Source: Candidatus Stahliibacteriota bacterium
Lineage (GTDB): Bacteria > Hydrothermota > Tepidihabitantia > SM23-42
Length of the DNA: 64,000 bases
NCBI GenBank assembly: GCA_030602565.1
Contig: JAUVZL010000007.1
Span: 761-64,760, forward strand
Direction: 5' to 3'
Every line of letters starts with the position of its first letter. The first letter of the stretch is position 1. The notes beneath the pieces were generated by a model. It ran no database searches and was not told the DNA's origin. It worked only from the letters and a program-made list of their open reading frames with translations. Below are positions 18,550-27,838 of this stretch, one piece after another. The position numbers and the translations under genes are program-made.

Positions 18550-19743
18550 TTGTGGAAATATCTGATTATGCTAAAAGGCATCCATGAGATAGTGCTCGGT
18601 CTTTACTGGCGTTCTTGCCAGTATCCCTGGTACATCTTTGTCAATATTGGACTTGCTGTTATATTCTATTTATTGGCTCTTAAATATGGACCTACTCTTC
18701 GCACGTTTATTTGTGACAAAGTGCTGGGATTGAAATGTCCGTCTGATTCAGTCTTCGTCCTTTTACTGGATATTGGAATTCCTTTTATTCTCTGCTCTAT
18801 ACTCGTGGTCATACTGTCTCTGCCCTTGTTGTTGTATAAGGGCATAGTTTTTAATGTTTTGGGATACGCTCTTTTTTACTGGTTTTTGTTCTTCTCTATC
18901 CAGCTTTTTTATAATCTTCTGAGGAAACAGATTACTGCGCATTCCTTAACAATACCGTTGTTTGTTATAGGGATATTTCTGCTCCTTGTTTTTGTGATGG
19001 CATTATTTTATTACCCGAATCAAATCAAGCAGCGTTTTCTGGCATTTGAATCGGAAAAAATAACGGAAAAAGTCAGGATAATCCATTTATCCGATGTCCA
19101 TGCGGAAAATTATGGCTCACGAGAAAAAGAATTAATAAAGATCGTGAGTTCGCTTAATGCAGATATTATCTTGATAACTGGGGATATGTTCATCAAGCCA
19201 TACAAATACAATACCAGAGGATTTAATGCTGCGGTGAAAATCCTTGATCAATTGCATTCAAAGCATGGCGTCTATCTGGTAGAAGGGCATCACGATTACC
19301 AGGAAACCCATTACCTGGCTGATGTTCTTGGCGATAAAATCAATGTACTTAATGAGCAGTGGCACTGTCTTGATTTGCTTGGCATATCGATTTTTGGAGC
19401 AACTCTGTACAGCGAAATTGAGCCATTTAGTGAACCTGTTCCAGACGACAATTTTAACATATATTTCTCACACGATCCAGACAGAATGGAATACCGCAAA
19501 GACACGGATTTTGATCTGGCGTTGTTTGGTCATACTCATGCCGGGCAGGTTTACATTCCGGTACTCTCGTATTTAATCGTAGGGAAATACAGACATGGTC
19601 TCTATGATCATCATGGTATACCGATATACGTTAATGCTGGTATTGGATTAGAAGGATATCTTGCTCCACGTATACGTTGGTTTACCTATCCGGAGGTGGT
19701 TGTGATTGATTTGGAGCCTTTGGATCCAGGAGGCGAGGACTAA
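18550..19743 (+). CDS. membrane-anchored metallophosphoesterase (calcineurin-like)
   Basis: N-terminal TM helices then IIHLSDVHAE, ITGDMF, GHHDY, GHTHAGQ motifs; start TTG 18550 or ATG 18568. Confidence 0.7.
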   Translation: MWKYLIMLKGIHEIVLGLYWRSCQYPWYIFVNIGLAVIFYLLALKYGPTLRTFICDKVLGLKCPSDSVFVLLLDIGIPFILCSILVVILSLPLLLYKGIVFNVLGYALFYWFLFFSIQLFYNLLRKQITAHSLTIPLFVIGIFLLLVFVMALFYYPNQIKQRFLAFESEKITEKVRIIHLSDVHAENYGSREKELIKIVSSLNADIILITGDMFIKPYKYNTRGFNAAVKILDQLHSKHGVYLVEGHHDYQETHYLADVLGDKINVLNEQWHCLDLLGISIFGATLYSEIEPFSEPVPDDNFNIYFSHDPDRMEYRKDTDFDLALFGHTHAGQVYIPVLSYLIVGKYRHGLYDHHGIPIYVNAGIGLEGYLAPRIRWFTYPEVVVIDLEPLDPGGED

Positions 19744-19744
19744 T

Positions 19745-20575
19745 ATGCAAGCGAACAGTAATAGCGAAAAGAGTAAAGTCATAATGATGCTGAAGAGGAT
19801 TTTTGGTATACTGCTTGGCTTAATGATAAGTGCCATTGGTATGATTGTACTAGGGAATGAAAAATCGCTATTAGGATGGTTTTTCATGTGGTATCTGCCC
19901 TTGTTCTTAGGAGGAATTATTGCAGGCTACTTTGCACACGATAAAGGGTGGATTTCAGGTTTTATAATTGCTATGATTTGGGCAAGTAGCTCGGTATTTA
20001 CTGATCTAAGTGGCAAAACCCCAATGATTTTTGTTCTCTGGCATACAATGGGATTACCAGTTGGTGCTGCAAGTGGATATTTTGGTCAGTTCTTAGCACG
20101 AATGATCTCGGCAAAAATGCAGAGAAAAATTACCGCCGTAATTGTAGGCTCATTTGTTGCATTTGCATTATCAATGATATTGATTTGTCTTTTCGGTAAT
20201 GTAGGCAAAACGTGTTCATATAATGGAGGTCAGTTTTGGTTGAAAGACTTGATAAATAATTGTCTACCATTGCTTATTGGGGGTATTTTTGCAGGTATTA
20301 TTGCTCAACGACATGGCTGGGTCTGTGCTTTTCTCAGTTGGCTTTTCTTCCAAGCATTTACTATTGTAATCTTACTTATGATAGGACTTGGCAAACCAAT
20401 CATTTCCTCATTTGCCACATATGAGTGGTCATTTATTGCCAGAACGATGTCTCGTCTTATTTCTACATTGATTCCCGCTTGGTGGTTATATGCAATCTCG
20501 TTGTTTTCCGCTGTCATTGGTGGATATCTTGGACAGCTTTTGGTACAGAAATATCATAAAAGAATTCATAGCTAA
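19745..20575 (+). CDS. polytopic membrane protein, hypothetical
   Basis: multiple hydrophobic helices; ATG 19745 preceded by GGAGG. Confidence 0.5.
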   Translation: MQANSNSEKSKVIMMLKRIFGILLGLMISAIGMIVLGNEKSLLGWFFMWYLPLFLGGIIAGYFAHDKGWISGFIIAMIWASSSVFTDLSGKTPMIFVLWHTMGLPVGAASGYFGQFLARMISAKMQRKITAVIVGSFVAFALSMILICLFGNVGKTCSYNGGQFWLKDLINNCLPLLIGGIFAGIIAQRHGWVCAFLSWLFFQAFTIVILLMIGLGKPIISSFATYEWSFIARTMSRLISTLIPAWWLYAISLFSAVIGGYLGQLLVQKYHKRIHS

Positions 20576-20591
20576 CATGCGATCAGATTGG
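20572..20591. repeat. junction motif copy 2: CTAACATGCGATCAGATTGG
   Basis: stop TAA of upstream gene, 1 nt, ATG of next gene (MRSDW...). Confidence 0.9.
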
Positions 20592-21506
20592 TCTAAGAAA
20601 TACTGGAAAAATTTTTTGATTGAACAACGTAAATACCAATGGTTTGAAGATACAGTGGAAAAACTTGCTGATTGGATGCACTTAGAACACGGAATGGTTG
20701 TAGTCGATGTTGGATGTGGTTTGGGACAGTTGGGCCTGTTATACTGGCCTCACTTCGGCAGACAGGGACGATACATAGGAGTAGATCTTTCATATAAGTT
20801 GCTCCGGGATGCCAAAAAGGCTGCAAAAAACTGGATCAAGAAAGGTAAGTCATATTTTATAACAGGGGATGCTTACAAATTACCTTTCCCCGATGCCTTT
20901 GCGGACTGCGTTATGTGTCAGACCCTTTTTTATCACCAAAGAACTCCACAAATTGCACTAAGTGAGATGGTTCGTATAGCAAAACCTGGCGGTTTTATTG
21001 TATGTAAAGACCTTGATTATTTATCAACGTTTCTGGCAAAGGATTTCACATCACTTCCTGAATTTACGCTCAAGGAACAACTGCTTTCCGCGAAGGTTCT
21101 TTTGGTTTCACATAAGGGTAAAATAAAACTGGGCAGAGGAGATAACAGCATCGGTCGGAAAATTCCTATGATGATGAAAGAAGCAGGATTGGTCGATATA
21201 GATATAAAGAACAACGATCTTGTCTATTTTTTACAACCACCTTATGAAAGTCCACGTCAACAATATTATATCAGCATGTTAAAAAAGCGACTTAGACGAG
21301 AAAAAGATAATCTAACTTGGTGGAGGCAAGCAGAGGAAGAATTCGTAGCAGGAGGCGGTGAGAAAAATGATTTTATTCGTTATAAGAGGGTGGTGAATAA
21401 ACACAAATCATTATACAGAAAGCAGATAAAGAATGGTGAGTATTATCGCTGCACCCCAGGATATTTCTTGGTTACGATAGGTAGAAAACCAAAGAAAAGA
21501 AAATAA
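20577..21506 (+). CDS. class I SAM-dependent methyltransferase
   Basis: VVDVGCGLGQLG motif I; starts MRSDWSKKYW at junction motif. Confidence 0.75.
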   Translation: MRSDWSKKYWKNFLIEQRKYQWFEDTVEKLADWMHLEHGMVVVDVGCGLGQLGLLYWPHFGRQGRYIGVDLSYKLLRDAKKAAKNWIKKGKSYFITGDAYKLPFPDAFADCVMCQTLFYHQRTPQIALSEMVRIAKPGGFIVCKDLDYLSTFLAKDFTSLPEFTLKEQLLSAKVLLVSHKGKIKLGRGDNSIGRKIPMMMKEAGLVDIDIKNNDLVYFLQPPYESPRQQYYISMLKKRLRREKDNLTWWRQAEEEFVAGGGEKNDFIRYKRVVNKHKSLYRKQIKNGEYYRCTPGYFLVTIGRKPKKRK

Positions 21507-21527
21507 CTAACATGCGATCAGATTGGG
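21507..21527. repeat. junction motif copy 3: CTAACATGCGATCAGATTGGG
   Basis: read directly. Confidence 0.9.
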
Positions 21528-21712
21528 TAGCTATTTTAATGTGGATTTTTTTCGTGATGCCGATGGTAATTCTGTTAACGATAATCGCCCCGAGTCTGTT
21601 TGCGGATAAAGAAAGAGTATTTATCATACAGGGAATCATACTTTTCGTTGGAATTGCTATAATAATATTCAACATTATAAGAATAATTAAATCATTGAAG
21701 GATAAAGACTAA
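21512..21712 (+). CDS. small membrane protein (66 aa), starts MRSDW
   Basis: two hydrophobic helices. Confidence 0.35.
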   Translation: MRSDWVAILMWIFFVMPMVILLTIIAPSLFADKERVFIIQGIILFVGIAIIIFNIIRIIKSLKDKD

Positions 21713-21729
21713 CATGCGATCAGATTGGG
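21709..21729. repeat. junction motif copy 4: CTAACATGCGATCAGATTGGG (preceded by AAAGACT as in copy 1)
   Basis: read directly. Confidence 0.9.
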
Positions 21730-22289
21730 AACGCTTTTTCGATACTTTTCCGGAATTTGATTTCGAAGGGTATAAACTACGGGCTTTCCGGAAAAACGAT
21801 GCCGACGACCTATACAAATGTTTATCCGATCCTGACGTTACTGAATTAACGAGCTTTGAACTAAATTCATTTGACCAAATCACAAAACTGATCGAAGCCA
21901 GCAGCATCAAATTCAATAAAAAACATGGTGTAAATTGGGCAATAGTTGATAAAAAGACCGATCGGGTAATAGGTTTCTATGGTTTAGTATGGATCGACCA
22001 ACATAATTCCAGAACAGAAGTTGGTTTTATCTTGGCAAAGGAATATTGGAATAAGGGAATAACCACACAAGTTCTTAAACGGATTTTGGAATTGGTATTT
22101 ACCGAACTTGGTGTAAACAGCGTTGAAGCTACTGCAATGGTTGGTAATAATGCCTCAGCGCGAGTCTTGGAGAAATGCGGTTTCAAGAAAGAAGGCATAT
22201 TAAGAGAGTTGCGATATTGCAGAGGAAAATACCATGATTTTTGGAAATTCTCCCTATTACAGAAGGAGTGGGTACATGATAAGAACTAA
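21714..22289 (+). CDS. GNAT family N-acetyltransferase, starts MRSDW
   Basis: 191 aa; RimL-like pattern, NKGITTQVLK region. Confidence 0.75.
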   Translation: MRSDWERFFDTFPEFDFEGYKLRAFRKNDADDLYKCLSDPDVTELTSFELNSFDQITKLIEASSIKFNKKHGVNWAIVDKKTDRVIGFYGLVWIDQHNSRTEVGFILAKEYWNKGITTQVLKRILELVFTELGVNSVEATAMVGNNASARVLEKCGFKKEGILRELRYCRGKYHDFWKFSLLQKEWVHDKN

Positions 22290-22299
22290 CATGCGATCA
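22286..22299. repeat. junction motif copy 5 (partial): CTAACATGCGATCA then diverges; 17-codon leader ORF ends ATGA-overlapping next start
   Basis: read directly. Confidence 0.8.
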
Positions 22300-22340
22300 A
22301 AAAAGACAGAATGGTTTAAGGCCTATATGACGAATTTAGG

Positions 22341-23036
22341 ATGAAGAGGACATTTGGTGGTGTTTCTGATGAGAGAACAAGACAGGATGTTGATTTCATA
22401 ATTGATGTTCTTAACTTATCTGAAGGGGCAAAAATTCTTGAATTATTCTGTGGTATAGGAAGACACTCAATTGAACTCGCGAAGAGAGGTTATAAACCTG
22501 TTGGGATTGAATATAATCGAGAATATCTTAAAATCGCACAAAGCAAGTCGCAAGAGAAGAATGTTCATGTAAAATTTATTCAAGGCGATGTTAGAGAAAT
22601 TGAATTTGGTATTAATTTTGATGCTGCTATTATAATGTATCAGAGTTTTGGATACTTCAGCGATGAAGAAGACAAAATGGTTTTACAAAAAATCTATAAA
22701 GCCTTGAGACAAAACGGTAAATTTTTAATTGAAATTCTTAGCAAGGATTGGATTTTGAACAACTTTGTAGAGAATGAAGTGACTGAGGTAAATGGTATAA
22801 ACATAGATCAAACAAGAACATTCGATGCTACAACAAGCCGAGTGAATTTTACCATTAATAGACATTTAGAAGAAGGAGTGGTTACTAAAAAAGGTTCATG
22901 GAGACTTTATTCTTCATCTGAAATTATCAGCAAATTGGACAATATTGGATTCAAGTATGTTGCAGGTTACAATGATTTGGATAAAACTCCACTAACAAAG
23001 AATACAAGACTCATGCGTCTGGTGTTCGAAAAATGA
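22341..23036 (+). CDS. class I SAM-dependent methyltransferase
   Basis: ILELFCGIGRHS motif I. Confidence 0.75.
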   Translation: MKRTFGGVSDERTRQDVDFIIDVLNLSEGAKILELFCGIGRHSIELAKRGYKPVGIEYNREYLKIAQSKSQEKNVHVKFIQGDVREIEFGINFDAAIIMYQSFGYFSDEEDKMVLQKIYKALRQNGKFLIEILSKDWILNNFVENEVTEVNGINIDQTRTFDATTSRVNFTINRHLEEGVVTKKGSWRLYSSSEIISKLDNIGFKYVAGYNDLDKTPLTKNTRLMRLVFEK

Positions 23037-23659
23037 GTAGGTATAAAGCCATAATTTTCGATTGTGGCGGTGTTATCTTCACTTGTTCATTCGATAAAGC
23101 ACTCAACTATTGGGCAATGGTGAGTGGCAAGGATATTAATGAAATCAAAAATAAGTTTGATTTCGACGAAATATTTCAAGGACTTGAGAGAGGTGAAATT
23201 AATTCTACCGCGTTCAGAAAACATGCTTTGAGTAAACTAGGGTTAAAAATTAGTGATGAGAAATTTGACAAAGGATGGAATAGTATATATTTAGATTTAG
23301 TCCCTGGTATCAAACAGTTGCTCCAAGAATTAAAGCAAAAGCATAGACTGGTTGCCTTAACAAACACAAATGAAATACATGCAAAAAAATGGAAAATTAC
23401 GTTTGCATCTATTCTCAATTATTTTGAGAAAGTGTTCAGTTCCCACGAGATCCATGCACGAAAGCCAGAACGAAAAGCATATAACACCGTATTGAATTAT
23501 CTCCGATTAGAACCCAATGAAGTAGTATTCTTAGACGATAATCCTGAATACGTTCAAGCTGCCTCTGAGATGAATATTGCAAGTATTCACGTTACGTCAT
23601 TCAAGCAAATGGTTGAAGACCTAAGTAAGCTTGGCGTGGAGGTTAAGAGTGCCGTTTGA
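23033..23659 (+). CDS. HAD-superfamily hydrolase (variant motif I DCGGV)
   Basis: IIFDCGGVIF, later LTNTNE and FLDDN motifs. Confidence 0.6.
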   Translation: MSRYKAIIFDCGGVIFTCSFDKALNYWAMVSGKDINEIKNKFDFDEIFQGLERGEINSTAFRKHALSKLGLKISDEKFDKGWNSIYLDLVPGIKQLLQELKQKHRLVALTNTNEIHAKKWKITFASILNYFEKVFSSHEIHARKPERKAYNTVLNYLRLEPNEVVFLDDNPEYVQAASEMNIASIHVTSFKQMVEDLSKLGVEVKSAV

Positions 23660-23714
23660 GGTGTTAAGGGACATCTGTCCTTGATATTATTCCAGATTGA
23701 CATTATAATGTTAT

Positions 23715-24398
23715 ATGCACGATGAATCACAACGGGAGTTATTTGCTTATTATAATGAGAGAGCACAGGAATACGACGATGTTTATTGCGGCAAAGGTAC
23801 CGCAATTCCACATCAACATCTATATAAGAAAGATGCAGCGAAAATCAGCAATATCATTTCGTCATTTGGTAAAGGGCACATTATAGATATAGGTTGTGGT
23901 ACAGGTTATTGGCTACCACATTATGCGCGAAACTGTGAGAAAATAACATTGATTGATGTTTCGGAAAAAATGATTGCAGAGTGCAGGAATAAATGCGACA
24001 AACTCGGTATTACAAACAAATGTCATTGTGTAAAAGGTGATTTCTTTGAACTTGATTTCAAAGACCACCTATTTGATAGTGTACTTGTTGGATTTCTTCT
24101 AAGCCACTTGACGCAGAAAACAGAAAAAGCCTTCTTTGAGAAACTCAGACGTATCACTGTAACAAAAGCACAAGTGTTTTTTATCGATACTCTATGGAAC
24201 AAACTACGCCAGCAATATAGAAAAAAAGAAGGAATTCACGAACGCTTTCTAAATGATGGACGTAAATTCAGGATATATAAAAGATATTTCACTAAATCTG
24301 ATATCCATGAAATTTTCAAGAACAACGCCCTCAAACTGATTTCATTCTCTCAAGGACATGTATTTTTTGCAGCAACTGGAGTGATTGAGGAGCAGTAG
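23715..24398 (+). CDS. class I SAM-dependent methyltransferase
   Basis: IIDIGCGTGYW motif I. Confidence 0.7.
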   Translation: MHDESQRELFAYYNERAQEYDDVYCGKGTAIPHQHLYKKDAAKISNIISSFGKGHIIDIGCGTGYWLPHYARNCEKITLIDVSEKMIAECRNKCDKLGITNKCHCVKGDFFELDFKDHLFDSVLVGFLLSHLTQKTEKAFFEKLRRITVTKAQVFFIDTLWNKLRQQYRKKEGIHERFLNDGRKFRIYKRYFTKSDIHEIFKNNALKLISFSQGHVFFAATGVIEEQ

Positions 24399-24415
24399 AC
24401 TGTCTCTTCTTAGCT

Positions 24416-24536
24416 AACTCACCAGGATGTCCGAGATATTGAGTTCATCGAAATGCATTAGTATCGCCTGTCCCGAGTAATATCGAGGGGAGTAAACCGA
24501 GATGTCGAAGATCTCGAGTAAATCGAGAGGTTATAG
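24416..24536. repeat. short copy of composite dispersed repeat (left end AACTCACCAGGATGTC, internal GTATCGCCTGTCCCGAGTAATATCGAGGGGAGTA and CCGAGATGTCGAAGATCTCGAG blocks)
   Basis: blocks identical to 28282-28437. Confidence 0.8.
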
Positions 24537-24600
24537 GTAAGAAACAGTCAAAATATTGAGAGTGTTGTTTGAAGTGGTAAGGAATTTTGAACGAAAAGGC

Positions 24601-24629
24601 TTGAATTTACATGCTACCTGTATTATAAT
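24601..24629 (+). promoter_or_regulatory. sigma70 promoter TTGAAT-17-TATAAT
   Basis: read directly; precedes ATG 24646. Confidence 0.5.
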
Positions 24630-24645
24630 CAAGCGCAGGAAAAAG

Positions 24646-25896
24646 ATGAAGACAAAAACTATTATTCTAATCGCGATTTTTGTATATATAACGGCACCAG
24701 GATGTGAAAAAAAAGAACAGACTGCACTAAAGAGAAATCCAAAGGCACAAGCTTTATATGAAAAAATGATTCAGGTGATGCGTGATGCTCAGACAATGTA
24801 CTACGAGAGCGCATATGAGTGCGAGGAATTAGAAGGAGAAACTATACCAAAAAGCAATTATAGAATCTGGTTAAAAAAGCCAAATTTCGCTCGTGTAGAA
24901 GTTGAACAAGAGGGTGACCTGAGAGGGGTCATCATTGGCGACGGTAAATGTTGGTGGTCCTACTGGCCAAATAAACGCCCTTTTTTTCCATGGGAAGACT
25001 CAATAGAATATGTGAAAACGTGTTCAACATCATACACGAAAGAACATCTTTCATTAGGTCTATACTCTATTGCCCATTTGATAGGCAACTTACGAATAAA
25101 CATGGGTATGCCAATATTACAGCCAAGTGTTTTCTATAATTATCCAGACCATCTTGTTAAACATGTAGACAGCGTCATATGTTTAGGAACTGAAAAAATA
25201 GGTGAACAAGAGTATGATGTCATCGAAGTGAGCTACATGAATCATCAACGTAGTAAATACTACTGGTTATCTAAGGTTGATCACTTACCGAGGAAGCTAA
25301 AACAGGTAATTCGGACTGCTGAGACTTATGTATCACATGAGCTATGGTCTTATATAGCTATTGATATGGAAATACCTGATGAAAAATTTACTTGGCAACC
25401 ACCTGAACATTGGCAAGAGTACGGCTTTCCGCAAAAGCGAGATGGGTTATTGAACCCAGGCACAGAAGCGCCAGATTTCGCATGTAAGGGGGTAGATGGT
25501 AGTACTATTAAGCTTTCAGATTACCGCGGCAAGATTATTATAATAAACTTCTGGCGTGTAGGGTGTCCGCCGTGTCGTAAAGGCATACCGTATCTTGAAG
25601 AATTATACAGAAAATATAAGGATAAAGGTTTAGTAGTTATCGGATTCAATTGTGATGATGACTTAAAAATCACTTTGTGTCTGCTAAAAGAACATTCAGT
25701 TACTTATCCTAATATTGTAGATGCCTCTGGTGAAGCAAGGGATGTATGCTATAGACAATATCAAACTATAAGAGGAAAATCCGCTGTGCCATTGCATTAC
25801 TTGATAGACAAAGAAGGTAGGGTCATTGATGCTTGGTATGGATTGTGGGGTGAGGAGTTACTCTACCAGGCATTGTTAAAAGCAGGATTGAAATAA
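24646..25896 (+). CDS. TlpA/ResA-family thiol-disulfide oxidoreductase lipoprotein with N-terminal LolA-like domain
   Basis: signal+lipobox (ITAPGC); thioredoxin CxxC active site WRVGCPPCRKG; ORF-track start 24556 rejected (lies upstream of promoter). Confidence 0.7.
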   Translation: MKTKTIILIAIFVYITAPGCEKKEQTALKRNPKAQALYEKMIQVMRDAQTMYYESAYECEELEGETIPKSNYRIWLKKPNFARVEVEQEGDLRGVIIGDGKCWWSYWPNKRPFFPWEDSIEYVKTCSTSYTKEHLSLGLYSIAHLIGNLRINMGMPILQPSVFYNYPDHLVKHVDSVICLGTEKIGEQEYDVIEVSYMNHQRSKYYWLSKVDHLPRKLKQVIRTAETYVSHELWSYIAIDMEIPDEKFTWQPPEHWQEYGFPQKRDGLLNPGTEAPDFACKGVDGSTIKLSDYRGKIIIINFWRVGCPPCRKGIPYLEELYRKYKDKGLVVIGFNCDDDLKITLCLLKEHSVTYPNIVDASGEARDVCYRQYQTIRGKSAVPLHYLIDKEGRVIDAWYGLWGEELLYQALLKAGLK

Positions 25897-25927
25897 TGAC
25901 TATTACAAAATCTAAGCACACAATGAC

Positions 25928-25942
25928 CTACGGACGAGCACC
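25928..25942. repeat. 15-bp direct repeat CTACGGACGAGCACC (copy 1), inside hairpin CCTACGGAC..GTCCGTAGG
   Basis: identical copy at 27114-27128 on the other side of pilT. Confidence 0.8.
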
Positions 25943-26002
25943 ATTACAAATCAATTGTAACGGCGCAGGCAGTCCGTAGGTTTAGTTGAATCAAATTTAA
26001 AC

Positions 26003-26020
26003 GGTCGGTGAAAGCCGACC
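26003..26020 (-). terminator. hairpin GGTCGG-TGAAAG-CCGACC followed on minus strand by GUUUAAAUUUGAUU; candidate pilT terminator
   Basis: read directly. Confidence 0.4.
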
Positions 26021-26032
26021 CTATAACTCGTA

Positions 26033-27067
26033 TTATGGATAATTTAGAAGGATAGCGTCAGCTTGATCTTCAGTGATAAGTTTTTCCTCAAGCAGTTTAG
26101 TAATGGATTGACGCATAGTAATCATCCCTTCCCTACCACCAGTCGCCATTACATTCCTCAAGAAATATGCTCCCCTCTTCCGAAATATATGCCGCGTCGC
26201 GCCAGTTGCAACCATAATCTCACAAGCCACGCGCTTTTCACCTGAGATTGTGGGAATAAGTTCTTGATGAATTATTGCTTGGACTGAATCTGCCAACAAA
26301 TACCGGATGTGCATTTCGAAATCAGTTGAACCATAGCTGACCAGGCGTTCGATAACTTTGTCGATCGATATTGTGTGCAAAGTCGAAAGGACCAGAATAC
26401 CAGTTGATGCAGCAATCAAGGCAATTTTAAACGTCTCAAAATCCCGCATTTCACCAATCGATATAACGTCCGGGTTCTGACGGAGCGCGGCTCGTAAACC
26501 TTGAGCAAAAGTTTTCGTGTCTCGACCAACTTCTCGCTGCCGAACTACACTCTTGATATTTCTATGTACATATTCAATCGGATCTTCTATAGTTACAATA
26601 TGTTTTTTATAATTTCGATTTATTTCATGGATCACAGCCGCCATTGTCGTGGTTTTCCCTTGACTTGTGGCACCGGTAATCAGAACAAGACCCTTAGTTA
26701 AGGTTGTGAACTTTTTTATAACTGATGGTAGATGTAATTCGTCAATGGTTTGAGGATTATCGATCAAAATCCTCAAGACCGATCCGATGTTGCCATCGTT
26801 AAAGCTAATATTAATTCGATACCGATTCTGATGGTATGCAAGCATAAAATCAATATCTAACTCATCCTCAAAAGTTTTTATCTGATCATTGTTCATTAAA
26901 TCGTAGGATAATTTTTTGGATACATCGGAAGTCAAAACGGTTTCATTCATTGGGATTAAATCATCACCAATCCTGAAAAGAATTGGCGCATGTGCACAAA
27001 TATGAATATCTGTCGCATTTTTCTGTTTTGCTATTTCGAATATTTTCTTAAGCTCATCGGATAACAT
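26033..27067 (-). CDS. pilT: type IV pilus twitching-motility ATPase PilT
   Basis: 344 aa; Walker A GATSQGKTTT, PilT-family Asp/His boxes, typical length. Confidence 0.85.
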   Translation of the reverse strand: MLSDELKKIFEIAKQKNATDIHICAHAPILFRIGDDLIPMNETVLTSDVSKKLSYDLMNNDQIKTFEDELDIDFMLAYHQNRYRINISFNDGNIGSVLRILIDNPQTIDELHLPSVIKKFTTLTKGLVLITGATSQGKTTTMAAVIHEINRNYKKHIVTIEDPIEYVHRNIKSVVRQREVGRDTKTFAQGLRAALRQNPDVISIGEMRDFETFKIALIAASTGILVLSTLHTISIDKVIERLVSYGSTDFEMHIRYLLADSVQAIIHQELIPTISGEKRVACEIMVATGATRHIFRKRGAYFLRNVMATGGREGMITMRQSITKLLEEKLITEDQADAILLNYP

Positions 27068-27073
27068 TATAAT

Positions 27074-27101
27074 ATTCTAATCTGTTAGATTGCAATGTCA
27101 A
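27074..27101 (-). promoter_or_regulatory. sigma70 promoter TTGACA-16-TAGAAT ending 6 nt before pilT ATG (leaderless candidate)
   Basis: reverse complement of 27065-27110 read directly. Confidence 0.45.
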
Positions 27102-27113
27102 GATGCCCATACT

Positions 27114-27128
27114 CTACGGACGAGCACC
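27114..27128. repeat. 15-bp direct repeat CTACGGACGAGCACC (copy 2)
   Basis: identical to 25928-25942. Confidence 0.8.
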
Positions 27129-27217
27129 CCGTCGCTCTACCTTGACAAAGTCGATTTTTCATTATAATGTTACAGACAAGTTTGTGGTACAAACCTATCT
27201 GGAGAAAGGAGGTTATA

Positions 27218-27838
27218 ATGGAACAGAGCATTAACATCGAAGAAGTAAAGCGAAAGACGTATCGTGCCATTCAGCAGGATGGACTAGACAAAATCCTTCT
27301 GGGCATTTTGTTTGGTCTCTGCTCCCTCATCTATGTTAGTATGGTTTGGATAGCTGTTGTTGCGTGCAGCCCAGTATTAGCACAGTTTGCGAGAGAAATA
27401 ATAAGGAAAAAGCTTACCTATAATAGGATAGGCTATGTGGAGTTCTCCAAGAGCCTTGATAAAAAAGAAACACTATTCACTCTTTTGACTGTTACAATAT
27501 TCCTATCGCTCCTGGTGATAGTGAACCGTACGGGATTCAAAGCACTCTTACCTCTTCTCGTTGTTATCATTCCATCCGGTATATACTTCATGATTACCCA
27601 CTATCGATCGAGGGCTAAAATAGATTATATGATTACAATTCTTTTCCTGCTCAGTGGAGTCATTGGACTTTTCTTTACGCTACACGGGTATGATACTACC
27701 ACCGTATTGGTTGTCCAAATCAGCGGATTAGGTGTAGTATTACTCACGATTGGTATTGTTCAATTCATTCGTTTTCTCCGCAAGTACCCTAAACAAACTG
27801 TGGAGGCATCTAATGTCTTCAAAGAAAAAAGAAAATAA
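27218..27838 (+). CDS. membrane protein, hypothetical
   Basis: ATG 27218 after AAAGGAGG; 4-5 TM helices. Confidence 0.45.
   Translation: MEQSINIEEVKRKTYRAIQQDGLDKILLGILFGLCSLIYVSMVWIAVVACSPVLAQFAREIIRKKLTYNRIGYVEFSKSLDKKETLFTLLTVTIFLSLLVIVNRTGFKALLPLLVVIIPSGIYFMITHYRSRAKIDYMITILFLLSGVIGLFFTLHGYDTTTVLVVQISGLGVVLLTIGIVQFIRFLRKYPKQTVEASNVFKEKRK

Noticed and set aside
18525-22299. Classical integron interpretation of the cassette array
   Set aside because: No intI gene and no attC-sized (50-150 bp) imperfect palindromes. Junctions are only ~20 bp and overlap start/stop codons.
24556-24645. ORF-track start of the thioredoxin lipoprotein at 24556
   Set aside because: Lies upstream of the TTGAAT-17-TATAAT promoter. 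The signal peptide starts at ATG 24646.
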